Part shown: piece by piece, positions 1-8,680 of the stretch
How the letters are laid out: the number at the start of each line of letters is the position of its first letter
How positions within the stretch are numbered: the first letter of the stretch is position 1
NCBI GenBank assembly: GCA_036162675.1
Contig: JAYYBT010000066.1
Location: 1 to 34,520 of the forward strand
Source: Thermoplasmatota archaeon
GTDB lineage: Archaea > Thermoplasmatota > Poseidoniia > Poseidoniales > Poseidoniaceae
Direction: 5' to 3'
Length of the DNA stretch: 34,520 nucleotides
The notes under the pieces: generated by a model
The model's input: only the letters and a program-made list of their open reading frames with translations
Databases searched by the model: none
What the model was told of the DNA's origin: nothing
Translations under genes and position numbers: made by a program

Positions 1-1456
1 AATCACTCCAAAGCGGGGCAGGTTGGACCACAATGAAATTTCTCAGCAGGTCGATGCGCTTGCCGTCGGTCACAAGTTCAGTGGTTGAAAAGCGAAGGGT
101 CACCGGGTGGTTGATGACGGCGGATTGGCCGTTGAGGTCCACCTCAATTTTCAACTCGTTAAACGCTCTGAAATCACCCAGTAATTCCTCGGTATCCAAA
201 CCCAAACCAGCGTTCATGTACATCGGCCCAAGGTTGACCATTTGACGTTCAAATTCTGCGAGTTCAACATCTTCAACAAAGCGGCTGACACGGTCTTCAT
301 CGGTCACTGGCCCGGCCGAGAACGCCCGAAGCATGGGAGACAGGGCGGGATTCTCATCCCCGATATGGTCCATTCCCCAACGCATCCAAAAGGCGATTTC
401 GTCGTCGACGGTGATGGTGGTAACGCGTTCGAGCATGAGGCCGCCGTCTTTCTGTTCAAGCGTCATGCTGATGTCGAGGACCATGCTGCTTCCTCCACCA
501 TCGGTGCGCAACGGTTCATCTGGAGGATAGTACGTACCGGTTCCACCGCCCGTATCAAAGGTCTCAATGGTGTAGGTTGTGGAGCCGCGTAGAGACGGCT
601 GACCAGGTTGGAATTGCAATTCAACCTCGACATTGATGGTTTCTTCACCGCCAGCAGCTCCCGTCCACGTCCATGTCACACGAACCGTTTCCCCAACCGC
701 AGTTTCAATGGGGTCGCCAGAAACGGGAACACCGTTGACCTTCAGCATGATGGATTCAGCCATCGCCAAGGTGGTCAGGCCCCATGGAGAATCCAATCGA
801 ACGGCGAGGTAAACATCGGAACCCTCAACCTCAGGTTCAACCATGAAAATATCGAGCAGGGGAATGGTGGCTTCTAGACTGGAATCCTCTGATTCGCTGC
901 CCCAGAAAAATTCCAACTTCGCATCAGCGGCAGGTACGCTGAACAACACCGCCTGAACGGTCAATTCAACCTCGATGTTGGAAGAACCACTGGTGGAGAA
1001 TGAATCCACATCGATATCGAGACTCAGGGAGCCCTGCCCTTGAGCAAGGAAGGAAGACCCCGGTTGTGTTTCTGCGCTGAAACTTTTGGAACCCACGCTC
1101 ACCGTGACCGTGGCGTTCAGTTGGACACCTGCCGCGTTGGCGACCTCGTAATTGATGGAAAACGCCCATGTTGAGGAGGGAACCGTGCCCGCCCAAGTGT
1201 TTGGGAGGAGCCAACGACCAATGGTCTCTTGCGAGGTGATTGAAGTTTCAACACTGACACTTTGTGGATCTTCGGCCAAATCTGCGATGAACGGCGTCAA
1301 TCGCTTGTTGGCATCACTGCCAATGAGGTACAGTTCAACAGGCGCTGCATCACAGCACACAAGGGTGTCTTCGCTATCGCTCGCTTCCGCATGCGTGAGG
1401 AACGGTGACGCAACCGTCAGCACGAGAACAAACGTGAGAAGAAGGGCCTGTCGCAT
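1..1456 (-). CDS. hypothetical secreted protein, 3' end cut by the window edge (absent from the supplied ORF track)
   Basis: Manual reverse-complement read. ATG at 1456..1454 is preceded by an in-frame TGA (1465..1463). No stop occurs in that frame down to base 2 (485 codons). The N-terminus MRQALLLTFVLVLTVASPFLTHAEA/SDSED looks like a Sec signal peptide. The rest is acidic and beta-rich (TVRVTWTWTGAAGGEETINVEVELQF), with no family recognised. Confidence 0.6.
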   Translation of the reverse strand, partial: MRQALLLTFVLVLTVASPFLTHAEASDSEDTLVCCDAAPVELYLIGSDANKRLTPFIADLAEDPQSVSVETSITSQETIGRWLLPNTWAGTVPSSTWAFSINYEVANAAGVQLNATVTVSVGSKSFSAETQPGSSFLAQGQGSLSLDIDVDSFSTSGSSNIEVELTVQAVLFSVPAADAKLEFFWGSESEDSSLEATIPLLDIFMVEPEVEGSDVYLAVRLDSPWGLTTLAMAESIMLKVNGVPVSGDPIETAVGETVRVTWTWTGAAGGEETINVEVELQFQPGQPSLRGSTTYTIETFDTGGGTGTYYPPDEPLRTDGGGSSMVLDISMTLEQKDGGLMLERVTTITVDDEIAFWMRWGMDHIGDENPALSPMLRAFSAGPVTDEDRVSRFVEDVELAEFERQMVNLGPMYMNAGLGLDTEELLGDFRAFNELKIEVDLNGQSAVINHPVTLRFSTTELVTDGKRIDLLRNFIVVQPAPLWSD

Positions 1457-1513
1457 TGGTTCTCAAATGACCCAAGAGCCTGTGGCTCATAACTTCAACT
1501 CATGACCGTGAGG

Positions 1514-1519
1514 AAAAAA
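1514..1519 (-). terminator. oligo-T tract (T6 on the minus strand) directly after the 1523..1873 CDS
   Basis: The minus strand reads TGA-CCG-TTTTTT-CC. The T6 run starts 3 nt after the stop codon. Oligo-T runs are the known archaeal termination signal. It is the only T run of this length I saw placed immediately after a gene end. Confidence 0.3.
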
Positions 1520-1522
1520 CGG

Positions 1523-1873
1523 TCAAAGTGCCTTCTCAAGAAGGGCTCCAAGTTCCTTTTCGAACAAGGTCACCAAGGCTTCACCAACCTCTCCCTGCAA
1601 TTCATCTGGGAGAAGGCGAAGACCCAATCGAGTTGCAGCCCGAGTAGCCTTCAATTCAGCGTAAATGCTGCGTGCTTTGGAATGGAAATAGTAGGCGACC
1701 GCCTCTTTAATCTCGGCCTTGAGCTCGGGGTCTTCATCGACCTTGGTACGAATATGTGCTTTGAGTTCATCCTTGACCAAATCCTTGAAGGCTTCAATCA
1801 CCAAGTCCTCTGTTGACATCAACTCTTGGAGTTGATTTTGGATGTTCCCAGTCAGCAATCGTTCAATCGCCAT
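1523..1873 (-). CDS. small acidic helical protein, unknown function
   Basis: ATG at 1873, 116 aa, no TM segment. Charged heptad-like sequence (EDLVIEAFKDLVKDELKAHIRTKVDEDPELKAEIKEAV). Same strand as and 16 nt downstream of the preceding CDS. Competing plus-strand ORFs are shorter and low complexity. Confidence 0.6.
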   Translation of the reverse strand: MAIERLLTGNIQNQLQELMSTEDLVIEAFKDLVKDELKAHIRTKVDEDPELKAEIKEAVAYYFHSKARSIYAELKATRAATRLGLRLLPDELQGEVGEALVTLFEKELGALLEKAL

Positions 1874-1889
1874 ACCACGCCGAGGGGCC

Positions 1890-2888
1890 TCAACGGTTTG
1901 AATCCGTCGCTTCTTGGCCAGATTTCAACAAACCGGAACTCAACCACTCGTCAAGCAGGGTAGAAGCGTACAATTTCGATGCTTTCTCGTCTTCCGGCCA
2001 TTCTTCTTTGATGGCGTGTGCTTGGCTCGCGAGGTCCATTTCTGCATCACCAACCACCATTCGGTGCCAAACCAATTCTTCCAAACGAGGCGTCGAGAGG
2101 CCCTTTTCCAGTAAACAGGGGAGAATGAGTTCACTCAACGCCAGACTGCGCTGGTCAACATCCATGGTGGTCCACACCTTCGAAAGGCGTTTGAGTTGAC
2201 GCTCAGAAAGACCTGAAATCATTCCGGGGGCAGGAGCCTGTACCTCGGGAAGGGGAACGATTCGCACCGAGCCTTCCTCCTTGAGATGGTTCAACATCGT
2301 CGTGTGAACCGGGTCCATGCTGGTGTCCAAGGCACCGCGCAACCACAAGCCCAAGGAAATATACGGCCGCATCTTTCGCACCCGTCGGCCGTTTGGCGCT
2401 AACCACGCTGCCAGAGCACCGGCTTGGACCACAGGGTCAAGTGCACCGCTCAATCGTCGGTTTTTCTCACCCATCTCAACGCTCGTATTCAGTGGGACGA
2501 GATGCACGTGAGTTGTTTCAGGGCGTTCACCCACTTCCCAAGTCGCCTCCTCGACATCAGCGATGACGGTCAACCCCTTGGCCTCCTCACTCCATGCAGG
2601 CGGCGCGTCACGTGGAAGATGATGGCGAGGGGTGTAGAGACGACGTCGGTATTTGAGTCCGAGGTCCAAACACGCCGCTTCCAACTGGCCGAGTGCTAAC
2701 ACGCCCTCGAGGGAAGCGGGAGCGCTGATGTGGACCAAATCAGCCTGCTTGATTCGCTCCCCGTAGCCGATAAGCGCTGATGACACCGGCGAAAAAATCG
2801 GTGAGGCAAACACATCTCGCATGGGACCAATTGAGAGGAACGGCGGGTTCCTCATGAAGGTGTTCGTGGCGAAGAATCGCTCACTCAA
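1890..2888 (-). CDS. hypothetical protein (start uncertain)
   Basis: The longest form starts at TTG 2888 and overlaps the uS15 stop by 8 nt. In-frame ATGs at 2855 and 2822 are alternatives. No catalytic motif recognised (no DHH or GGGH). A RecJ/DHH-like identity, suggested only by its position beside rps15, is not supported by sequence. Confidence 0.55.
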   Translation of the reverse strand: MSERFFATNTFMRNPPFLSIGPMRDVFASPIFSPVSSALIGYGERIKQADLVHISAPASLEGVLALGQLEAACLDLGLKYRRRLYTPRHHLPRDAPPAWSEEAKGLTVIADVEEATWEVGERPETTHVHLVPLNTSVEMGEKNRRLSGALDPVVQAGALAAWLAPNGRRVRKMRPYISLGLWLRGALDTSMDPVHTTMLNHLKEEGSVRIVPLPEVQAPAPGMISGLSERQLKRLSKVWTTMDVDQRSLALSELILPCLLEKGLSTPRLEELVWHRMVVGDAEMDLASQAHAIKEEWPEDEKASKLYASTLLDEWLSSGLLKSGQEATDSNR

Positions 2889-3339
2889 CCATCAAGCGCA
2901 ATTCATCTCGCTTGTAGCGCCAATCGCTTGGGAGGCGCTTTTCACCGATGTAGTACGAGGCCAATCGGCGGATTTTTGCTTCCGTGATTTCCAAAGCACG
3001 CTTGTTGTGAATGTCCTTGTGGTTGCCAGAACCAAGGTGGTTGATGATGGCCACAGCTTGGCGCATGAGGTTCATCATGTCCTCGGGGTAGGTCCCGAGC
3101 ATGTCGTTTTCAGCCAGGACTTGGCCAATGCGCTTGCCGAGCACGAGGCGAACATTGGGGACAGCGTGCTTGTCTCGCAGAACCGGGCCGATTTCAGCGG
3201 TTGACAGGCCGGTCTTTGCCAAATCCAAAATGAGGGACTGCACCGTATCTTTGTCGGTTTCAGACCACTCTGGAGCTTCCTTGACGTGAGGGCGAGAGGA
3301 GCCGCTCTGACCTTTTCGGGACTTGTACATACGTGCCAT
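2881..3339 (-). CDS. rps15: 30S ribosomal protein uS15 (archaeal S15P / eukaryotic S13e type)
   Basis: 152 aa. MARMYKSRKGQSGSSRPHV...PEW N-terminal extension, LSTAEIGPVLRDKHAVPNVRLVLGKRI core, and HNKRALEITEAKIRRLASYY C-terminal helix match the archaeal S15 family along the whole length. Confidence 0.95.
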   Translation of the reverse strand: MARMYKSRKGQSGSSRPHVKEAPEWSETDKDTVQSLILDLAKTGLSTAEIGPVLRDKHAVPNVRLVLGKRIGQVLAENDMLGTYPEDMMNLMRQAVAIINHLGSGNHKDIHNKRALEITEAKIRRLASYYIGEKRLPSDWRYKRDELRLMVE

Positions 3340-3413
3340 ATCACACCACCAAGCGGCCTTCCGACTTATCTCCCCTTCTTAATCACTCCGCCAAAGGAGA
3401 GCCTCGGACTTGC

Positions 3414-5192
3414 TCAGGCCTTTTTCTTTCGCTGATGGGATTTGGCGAGCGTTCCCGGTGTACCTCCCCACTCCCAGCCGTGGGCAACAGCCCTGGCCAA
3501 ACCGATGACTTCTCCGTTCTGAAGGATGCGAAGGTCGTCGCCGAGACGAATGGAGGTATCAAAACGCTCCACCATCTGGGAAAAGACATCGCCTCGCCAA
3601 GCAGCGTCTTCTTTCAAATGGACGACGCGGAGGGCGTTGTGCTCGTGAAGCCAATCGATGGCGGCTCGAGAAAACGAAAATCCATTTCGGTCAATGGACC
3701 ATACGGCCATCTGCGTTCCGTTGTGCTCCAAGCGCCACCGGGGTAACTTTCCTTTGACACTGAGTTGCTCAAGCCAAGCATCCGTTCCGGTGGTCTTGCG
3801 GGCGATGCTCATGAATTGCTCCTTCAATCGCTGGTTGTTCTTCTGATTTCGCAATCCAAAGTCCGCCACGGCGGCTTTGACAGCCTCACTCAAGCGCTGA
3901 AGTGCGTCGAAATGCGTTGCGCCTTGCCCGTGACGGGTATCAACCACGTCGATGTGCAAGAAATCAAGGTCCATGTTCGTGTGGTTGATGATGCGTTTGT
4001 AGCCAAATCGTTCCACAAGTGAAGTGAGCATTCGCCGTACACGGGCGAGTTCGTCGGACGACCAGTCCCCGGTGACAGGTACATCATAATTCGCTGCGGG
4101 CCAAACATCCTCCAAATCTCGGGGCACAAGGCCGAGAGGTGAGGTCATCATGACCTCATGACATCCAGTTGAGGCGATGGCACGAAAGAACTGACCGTGA
4201 GATTTCGACAGACGGTAGGGCTTCCGAGCCGAACAGGGCAGGAAAATCATGACGTCTCGCACTTTTTCTGGCGCCTCATAGTCGTGGGTCATGAACCGCT
4301 CCCAATCTTCAACCAATGGGTCAACAAGAGCGCTTGATGAATAACATGGAAACTCGGTCGTTGCCGGTTGGTGCGAGGCAAGGTTGCCTTCTCGTTCACA
4401 CATCAACGCCTGATGCCGACGAAGATGTTCGACCAGACGAGGGCTGGACAAACTTTGCTTTTCGGCCAGCCCACGAAGAGTTCCGTGCTCCACAGACGAA
4501 CGCACTTCATCCAAGGCTTTCATGAAATGATAGGCTTGGGCTTCCAACGAGGTCTCCTCATGCTGCAAAGGGAGGCGTGGACCCATGGCCGTCAAGAGCA
4601 CGCCGTTGGCCTCGGCTTCACGGCAACGCGCCAAATCAAACACATCCACGCCCATCGAGGCGAGGACCCCCACGTTATCGGGACCACCAAGTCCAGGTGT
4701 CCACAAGAGCGCACCGGGGAATCGGTGCTTCAGGGTCAACAAGGCAAGGGGAAGTTTTCCGGGTTGACTCGCCAGTTGAAGTGCGTCGGTGAGGACAACA
4801 ATTTCCGGAGCAAGGGAAGTGTCGGTCAAACCTTCGTCGTGGTTCATCCGCTGCCAAGAAACGGGCAAGAGCGAAGAGGTCCCTTGCTCTTCACCGGCAT
4901 TTGCATCCTCAAGAGAAGGAGGAAGAACATGGCCGAGATTGACCGAATAGTGAGGGCCGTTTTCTTGGAATTCAGGCGGCGAAAAAGGAGCGCGAGAGGC
5001 CACGCTGAGCGTTGAGGGAAGCGAGGATGTGCTCGAGGTGGTGAATGCTGCATAGGTGAGGGGCAGGGAGGGATCATCCTCCATCAGCACAAGTGTTGGC
5101 GTCATGGCGGCCGCTGCTTTACGGTCTCCCAGTCCCCAAACACGGGCATAACGGTCCCGATGCAAGACGGTACGCCCCAGCACATCGGCCAT
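3414..5192 (-). CDS. arcS: archaeosine synthase alpha subunit (ArcS; TGT-like N-domain + DUF5591 + C-terminal PUA)
   Basis: 592 aa, ATG at 5192. Degenerate TGT-barrel region (LLWTPGLGGPDNVGVLASMGVDVFD). Hallmark DUF5591 motif IFLPCSARKPYRLSKSH. PUA-like C-terminus (VVHLKEDAAWRGDVFSQMV...LRILQNGEVIGLARAV). Confidence 0.75.
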   Translation of the reverse strand: MADVLGRTVLHRDRYARVWGLGDRKAAAAMTPTLVLMEDDPSLPLTYAAFTTSSTSSLPSTLSVASRAPFSPPEFQENGPHYSVNLGHVLPPSLEDANAGEEQGTSSLLPVSWQRMNHDEGLTDTSLAPEIVVLTDALQLASQPGKLPLALLTLKHRFPGALLWTPGLGGPDNVGVLASMGVDVFDLARCREAEANGVLLTAMGPRLPLQHEETSLEAQAYHFMKALDEVRSSVEHGTLRGLAEKQSLSSPRLVEHLRRHQALMCEREGNLASHQPATTEFPCYSSSALVDPLVEDWERFMTHDYEAPEKVRDVMIFLPCSARKPYRLSKSHGQFFRAIASTGCHEVMMTSPLGLVPRDLEDVWPAANYDVPVTGDWSSDELARVRRMLTSLVERFGYKRIINHTNMDLDFLHIDVVDTRHGQGATHFDALQRLSEAVKAAVADFGLRNQKNNQRLKEQFMSIARKTTGTDAWLEQLSVKGKLPRWRLEHNGTQMAVWSIDRNGFSFSRAAIDWLHEHNALRVVHLKEDAAWRGDVFSQMVERFDTSIRLGDDLRILQNGEVIGLARAVAHGWEWGGTPGTLAKSHQRKKKA

Positions 5193-5247
5193 GAGCAGGG
5201 CTAACGCCTTGGCTTCTTGAAGGGTTTGAACATCAAACGGGGGTGGA

Positions 5248-5254
5248 TTTGAAA
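5248..5254 (+). promoter_or_regulatory. candidate TATA-like element (TTTGAAA) for a leaderless 5277 transcript
   Basis: This is the AT-richest heptamer I noticed in the 84-nt divergent spacer. It is centred about 26 nt upstream of the ATG at 5277, the spacing expected for an archaeal TATA box on a leaderless mRNA. A purine-rich GGGGGTGGA lies just upstream. No SD precedes this ATG. Confidence 0.25.
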
Positions 5255-5276
5255 GACCCCGCCCCTACCCAAGACC

Positions 5277-7508
5277 ATGGGTTGGTCGTCTCGCAGAGCA
5301 CGTGCCGTGTTGCTGGCAACCCTCTTGATGCTGGTTCTGGTACCTTCCACCGATGCACAAAGCGAAACGCCTGCTGTGCTTGACCAAGCCATGAACAGCA
5401 TTGACCTCGTTCCAGAAGAGAGCGTGTTGGTGAACATCCAAGTTGCATCAGATTCGTCCGCTCTCCTCTCATGGTCCTGCACATCCTGCACCGTTGATGT
5501 TGACGACACCCCGAGTGGCATCACCACCACCGCTCACGGCACGTCCATGCTCAGCATTCAGGTGGAAGAAACGACCACCCTGGAAGTCTCCTTGTCTTCA
5601 ACCACTGCTGAATCAGTGACGCTCATGGTGCTCAAGGACATTGACGATGAGCACCATCACGCCGTTCGCCCTTCACCCGGAACGGAGGCCTCAACGGCTC
5701 ATCTCGGTGTGTGCGTGCAAGCCGCCGATTGTGTTGATGTGTCAACTGGTTCCCTGTCTTCTCAACTCAACCTCGCAAGCGAAGCGATGTTCTTGCATGC
5801 GGGTGATGTCCAGGCCTCAGAGGCCGAATACCTTGTATTCAACGCCTCGCAAGGTGATACGTTGGAATGGCAATGGCTCGCCACAACCCATGCCCTCAAC
5901 CTGCAGATGTATCACCAGACTGACGATGAGGAAAACGTTCTTGCAGGGAATTTCTCGTCCACGGCCTCCTATTCCCAGAACGGTCAACAACCTGTTGCAG
6001 CAGCCTATTGGACAGCCCCGGATGACGGTCGTTTCGTGGCTCGACTCTCCACAGACGACGCTTACGCCGTGTGGGGGGCGCAGGTGCTCCTTCACCCCCA
6101 CCGCGCCGTTGAAACATTGGTCGGATTGAACCTGACTGAAGGCGTCAACATCGTCGGCCACGCCAACACGACCTCACCTTTCGACTGGTCCGAGGTTGAG
6201 GCAATACACCTTCAAGCACGTGCCGGCACTGTTGATGTCAGTGTTGACCAATTACTTGACGGCGCTTGGGTGAAAGGGGCAAGTCATGTCCTCCAAGCCG
6301 GTGAAACAATCGTGGTCTATCCTTACCCGGATGTGGAGGTCGGGCGCATCAACATCGTCAACACCCCCGTGTTTTCTCTGGATGTTCACCTCGAGAGCTT
6401 CGCAGACCACAGCCATGTTGACGCACCATCCCACCTTCCCGAAAACCTCCAGGTCGACAACACCTCATGGCCCGTCCTTAATTTGACGGAAGCCACGAGC
6501 GGGCAACTTACGCTCGCCGTTCACGACACAACCGACACCTATCGACTGGTTGTTGATGGATGGGAAGACTCCATTCATTTCGTCCAGTTTGTGGTGGATG
6601 GCCCTATTGAAGGCCTAGAATTGCAACTCTGGGACATGGACCAAGCAACCTCTGAGACCCTCGCAACTGACATCACACAACCGGTTGGCGACCAACTCAA
6701 GATTGGTCTTCAAGTTGGCCGAGGTACACATTTCCTCCAGATTCGATTCCAAAACGCTTCTGAGGCCACACCTCATTTGTGGGGTGAAGATGTTGAACCA
6801 CGAACGTATGTTCTCCAAGCATCGTATTCCCTCATCGATGAGGGTGAAGAACCGTGGTTCCCTCCAAGCGATGATGCGGTCTATTGGGGCAACATCGCAC
6901 GGTGGTTCATGGGCATCCTGTTTCTTCTGCCCGTCGTGTACCTCATCATCCATGTTCAACGGTCAAAATCCTACGCTGCATCCGTTGCTGAAAAGAAACA
7001 GCGACTCGCATGGTACACCTCCCGCCTTGACAGCGGCGAAAGCAACGTCAAGCAAGCCCGAACCGACATGGCCAAAGCACTCCACGCCGTTGCTCAACTT
7101 GAGTGGCAAGACGGTCTGGAAGCGTGGGGTCCTCAGCGATTGGAACACCGAACAGAAGACGTGGCCCTCGCCGTCTGGCGTGTCGACGAACGGCTTGCGA
7201 CCACAGAAGGGGCTTGGCCTGTCGTGGTTGGCGTCCACGTCATCAACGGCACGTGGGACTTGGCTGCACTACGCTTTGACGCCCCAGAGGGGGAGGCTTA
7301 CGAAGTCGTCCATGTTGAACCTCGTTTCTTATTCCAAGGAGAGGAGGTGTTCCTTGACACCATGGGCCCTGGCCATCGAACATACCTGGTGGTTGAATTG
7401 AACGGAACCGCCGCCCAAGTCGACCTTGAGCTCAACGGTCGCATGGACGGCGAGCCCTTTGCGGCACGAATTCCAGAATCACTGGTACGAAACGACGCAT
7501 CCTCATGA
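5277..7508 (+). CDS. bitopic membrane protein: signal peptide, ~520-aa extracellular domain, one TM, ~180-aa cytoplasmic domain; unknown function
   Basis: ATG at 5277. Signal peptide MGWSSRRARAVLLATLLMLVLVPSTDA/QS. Many N-x-S/T sequons (NASQ, NFSS, NLTE, NTTS, NTSW, NASE). Single TM WFMGILFLLPVVYLIIHV. Soluble C-terminal domain. No family recognised. Confidence 0.7.
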   Translation: MGWSSRRARAVLLATLLMLVLVPSTDAQSETPAVLDQAMNSIDLVPEESVLVNIQVASDSSALLSWSCTSCTVDVDDTPSGITTTAHGTSMLSIQVEETTTLEVSLSSTTAESVTLMVLKDIDDEHHHAVRPSPGTEASTAHLGVCVQAADCVDVSTGSLSSQLNLASEAMFLHAGDVQASEAEYLVFNASQGDTLEWQWLATTHALNLQMYHQTDDEENVLAGNFSSTASYSQNGQQPVAAAYWTAPDDGRFVARLSTDDAYAVWGAQVLLHPHRAVETLVGLNLTEGVNIVGHANTTSPFDWSEVEAIHLQARAGTVDVSVDQLLDGAWVKGASHVLQAGETIVVYPYPDVEVGRINIVNTPVFSLDVHLESFADHSHVDAPSHLPENLQVDNTSWPVLNLTEATSGQLTLAVHDTTDTYRLVVDGWEDSIHFVQFVVDGPIEGLELQLWDMDQATSETLATDITQPVGDQLKIGLQVGRGTHFLQIRFQNASEATPHLWGEDVEPRTYVLQASYSLIDEGEEPWFPPSDDAVYWGNIARWFMGILFLLPVVYLIIHVQRSKSYAASVAEKKQRLAWYTSRLDSGESNVKQARTDMAKALHAVAQLEWQDGLEAWGPQRLEHRTEDVALAVWRVDERLATTEGAWPVVVGVHVINGTWDLAALRFDAPEGEAYEVVHVEPRFLFQGEEVFLDTMGPGHRTYLVVELNGTAAQVDLELNGRMDGEPFAARIPESLVRNDASS

Positions 7509-8624
7509 GCGCCTTCGCTCGTTCGTGTCATCCAGAATGCTTTGCTCGGTGTCCTTTGGTGCGAGGTCCGCCCGAAGTCCTTCCAGGCTTTTCTTGACCG
7601 CCTTTGGGACCTTCTTTGGCATGTGCAACTTGAGCAAGACGACAACATCACCACGTCCCCCTCCTCGTTGTCGTGGCAAACCTCGCTTTCGAATTTCAAC
7701 GGTCTCACCAGAATTTGAGTGGGCTGGCACCTTGATGACGAGCGGTTTTCCATCGAGATGCTCAAGCTCAACTGTGGTGCCCAACAGAAGGTCAGCATAA
7801 CCCAGCGGCAGGGACATGATGAGGTCGGAGCCGGAGCGCTCAAACCATCGATGCGGTTCAATTTCAAGTTCAATGAAGAGATCACCCGCTTCACCAACCC
7901 CGCGTGGTGCAGGCTCACCCTTTCCTCGCATTCGTAGCCGTGTTCCTCCCTCTGCCCCTTCTGGGACGTTGAAGCGCAAGGTGTTGGATTTCATCTCCTG
8001 CCCTCGGCCATCACAGGCACTGCATGGGTGCTCGGCCACCTTGCCACGACCAGCGCAGTCCTGACAGGCTTGAACCGATTCTTGGATGAAGGGGCCCACT
8101 TGCTGGCGGATACGAACTTGACCTTGACCAGAACAGGAGGTGCAGGTCTTGAGTTCTCCACCCTTAGCACCTGTACCCTCGCACGTTGAACACGGTTCGG
8201 GCAAATCAAGCACGACTTCTTGTTCGCTGCCCAAGTAAACATCTTCGAGGTCAACCGAATGACGAAGGAGGATATCGTTGCCTCGTCGTTGTTGTCTTCG
8301 CCGGGAACCTCCACCGAAGAAGGATGAGAAAAAGTCACCACCGAGGATGTCCTCGAGATTGATGTTGATACCCCCTCCGAAACCTCCGAAGGGAGAACCT
8401 TGTGGACCGTCATGGCCAAATCGGTCGTAATGTGCACGTTTTTGATCGTCAGAGAGGACGGCGTAGGCCTCTTGAATTTCTTTGAAACGGTCCTCAGCAT
8501 CCTCCTCCGTGCTTCGGTCAGGATGGTATTTTCTGGCCAACCGACGAAAGGCGTTCTTCAAATCCCCGGCCGTGGCTGATTTTTCAACACCCAAGACCTC
8601 GTAGTAGTCTCGTTTGTCGGTCAT
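7503..8624 (-). CDS. dnaJ: molecular chaperone DnaJ (type I: J domain, G/F region, four CxxCxGxG zinc motifs, C-terminal domains)
   Basis: MTDKRDYYEVLGV...YHPDR (HPD motif). GGFGGG G/F region. CSTCEGTG, CTSCSGQG, CQDCAGRG and CSACDGRG motifs. The track ORF is extended 20 codons upstream; ATG at 8624 gives the canonical N-terminus. Confidence 0.93.
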   Translation of the reverse strand: MTDKRDYYEVLGVEKSATAGDLKNAFRRLARKYHPDRSTEEDAEDRFKEIQEAYAVLSDDQKRAHYDRFGHDGPQGSPFGGFGGGININLEDILGGDFFSSFFGGGSRRRQQRRGNDILLRHSVDLEDVYLGSEQEVVLDLPEPCSTCEGTGAKGGELKTCTSCSGQGQVRIRQQVGPFIQESVQACQDCAGRGKVAEHPCSACDGRGQEMKSNTLRFNVPEGAEGGTRLRMRGKGEPAPRGVGEAGDLFIELEIEPHRWFERSGSDLIMSLPLGYADLLLGTTVELEHLDGKPLVIKVPAHSNSGETVEIRKRGLPRQRGGGRGDVVVLLKLHMPKKVPKAVKKSLEGLRADLAPKDTEQSILDDTNERRRS

Positions 8625-8680
8625 GGCCTCGTCCTCGCTCAACACGATGAGGGACCTGCTTTGAACCTCACGCCTCGTTC

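Noticed and set aside
4368-5015. 215-aa antisense ORF within arcS
   Set aside because: It lies opposite a gene with strong family motifs. Its product is Arg/Gly-rich with no features, which is typical of GC-rich antisense frames.
6685-7401. 238-aa same-strand alternative-frame ORF inside 5277..7508
   Set aside because: It is nested in the longer ORF, which has a coherent signal peptide/TM topology. It has no SD or independent features.
7298-7918. 206-aa minus-strand ORF spanning the dnaJ / 5277..7508 junction
   Set aside because: It overlaps the well-supported dnaJ C-terminal domains in another frame, and its composition is S/R/C-rich noise.
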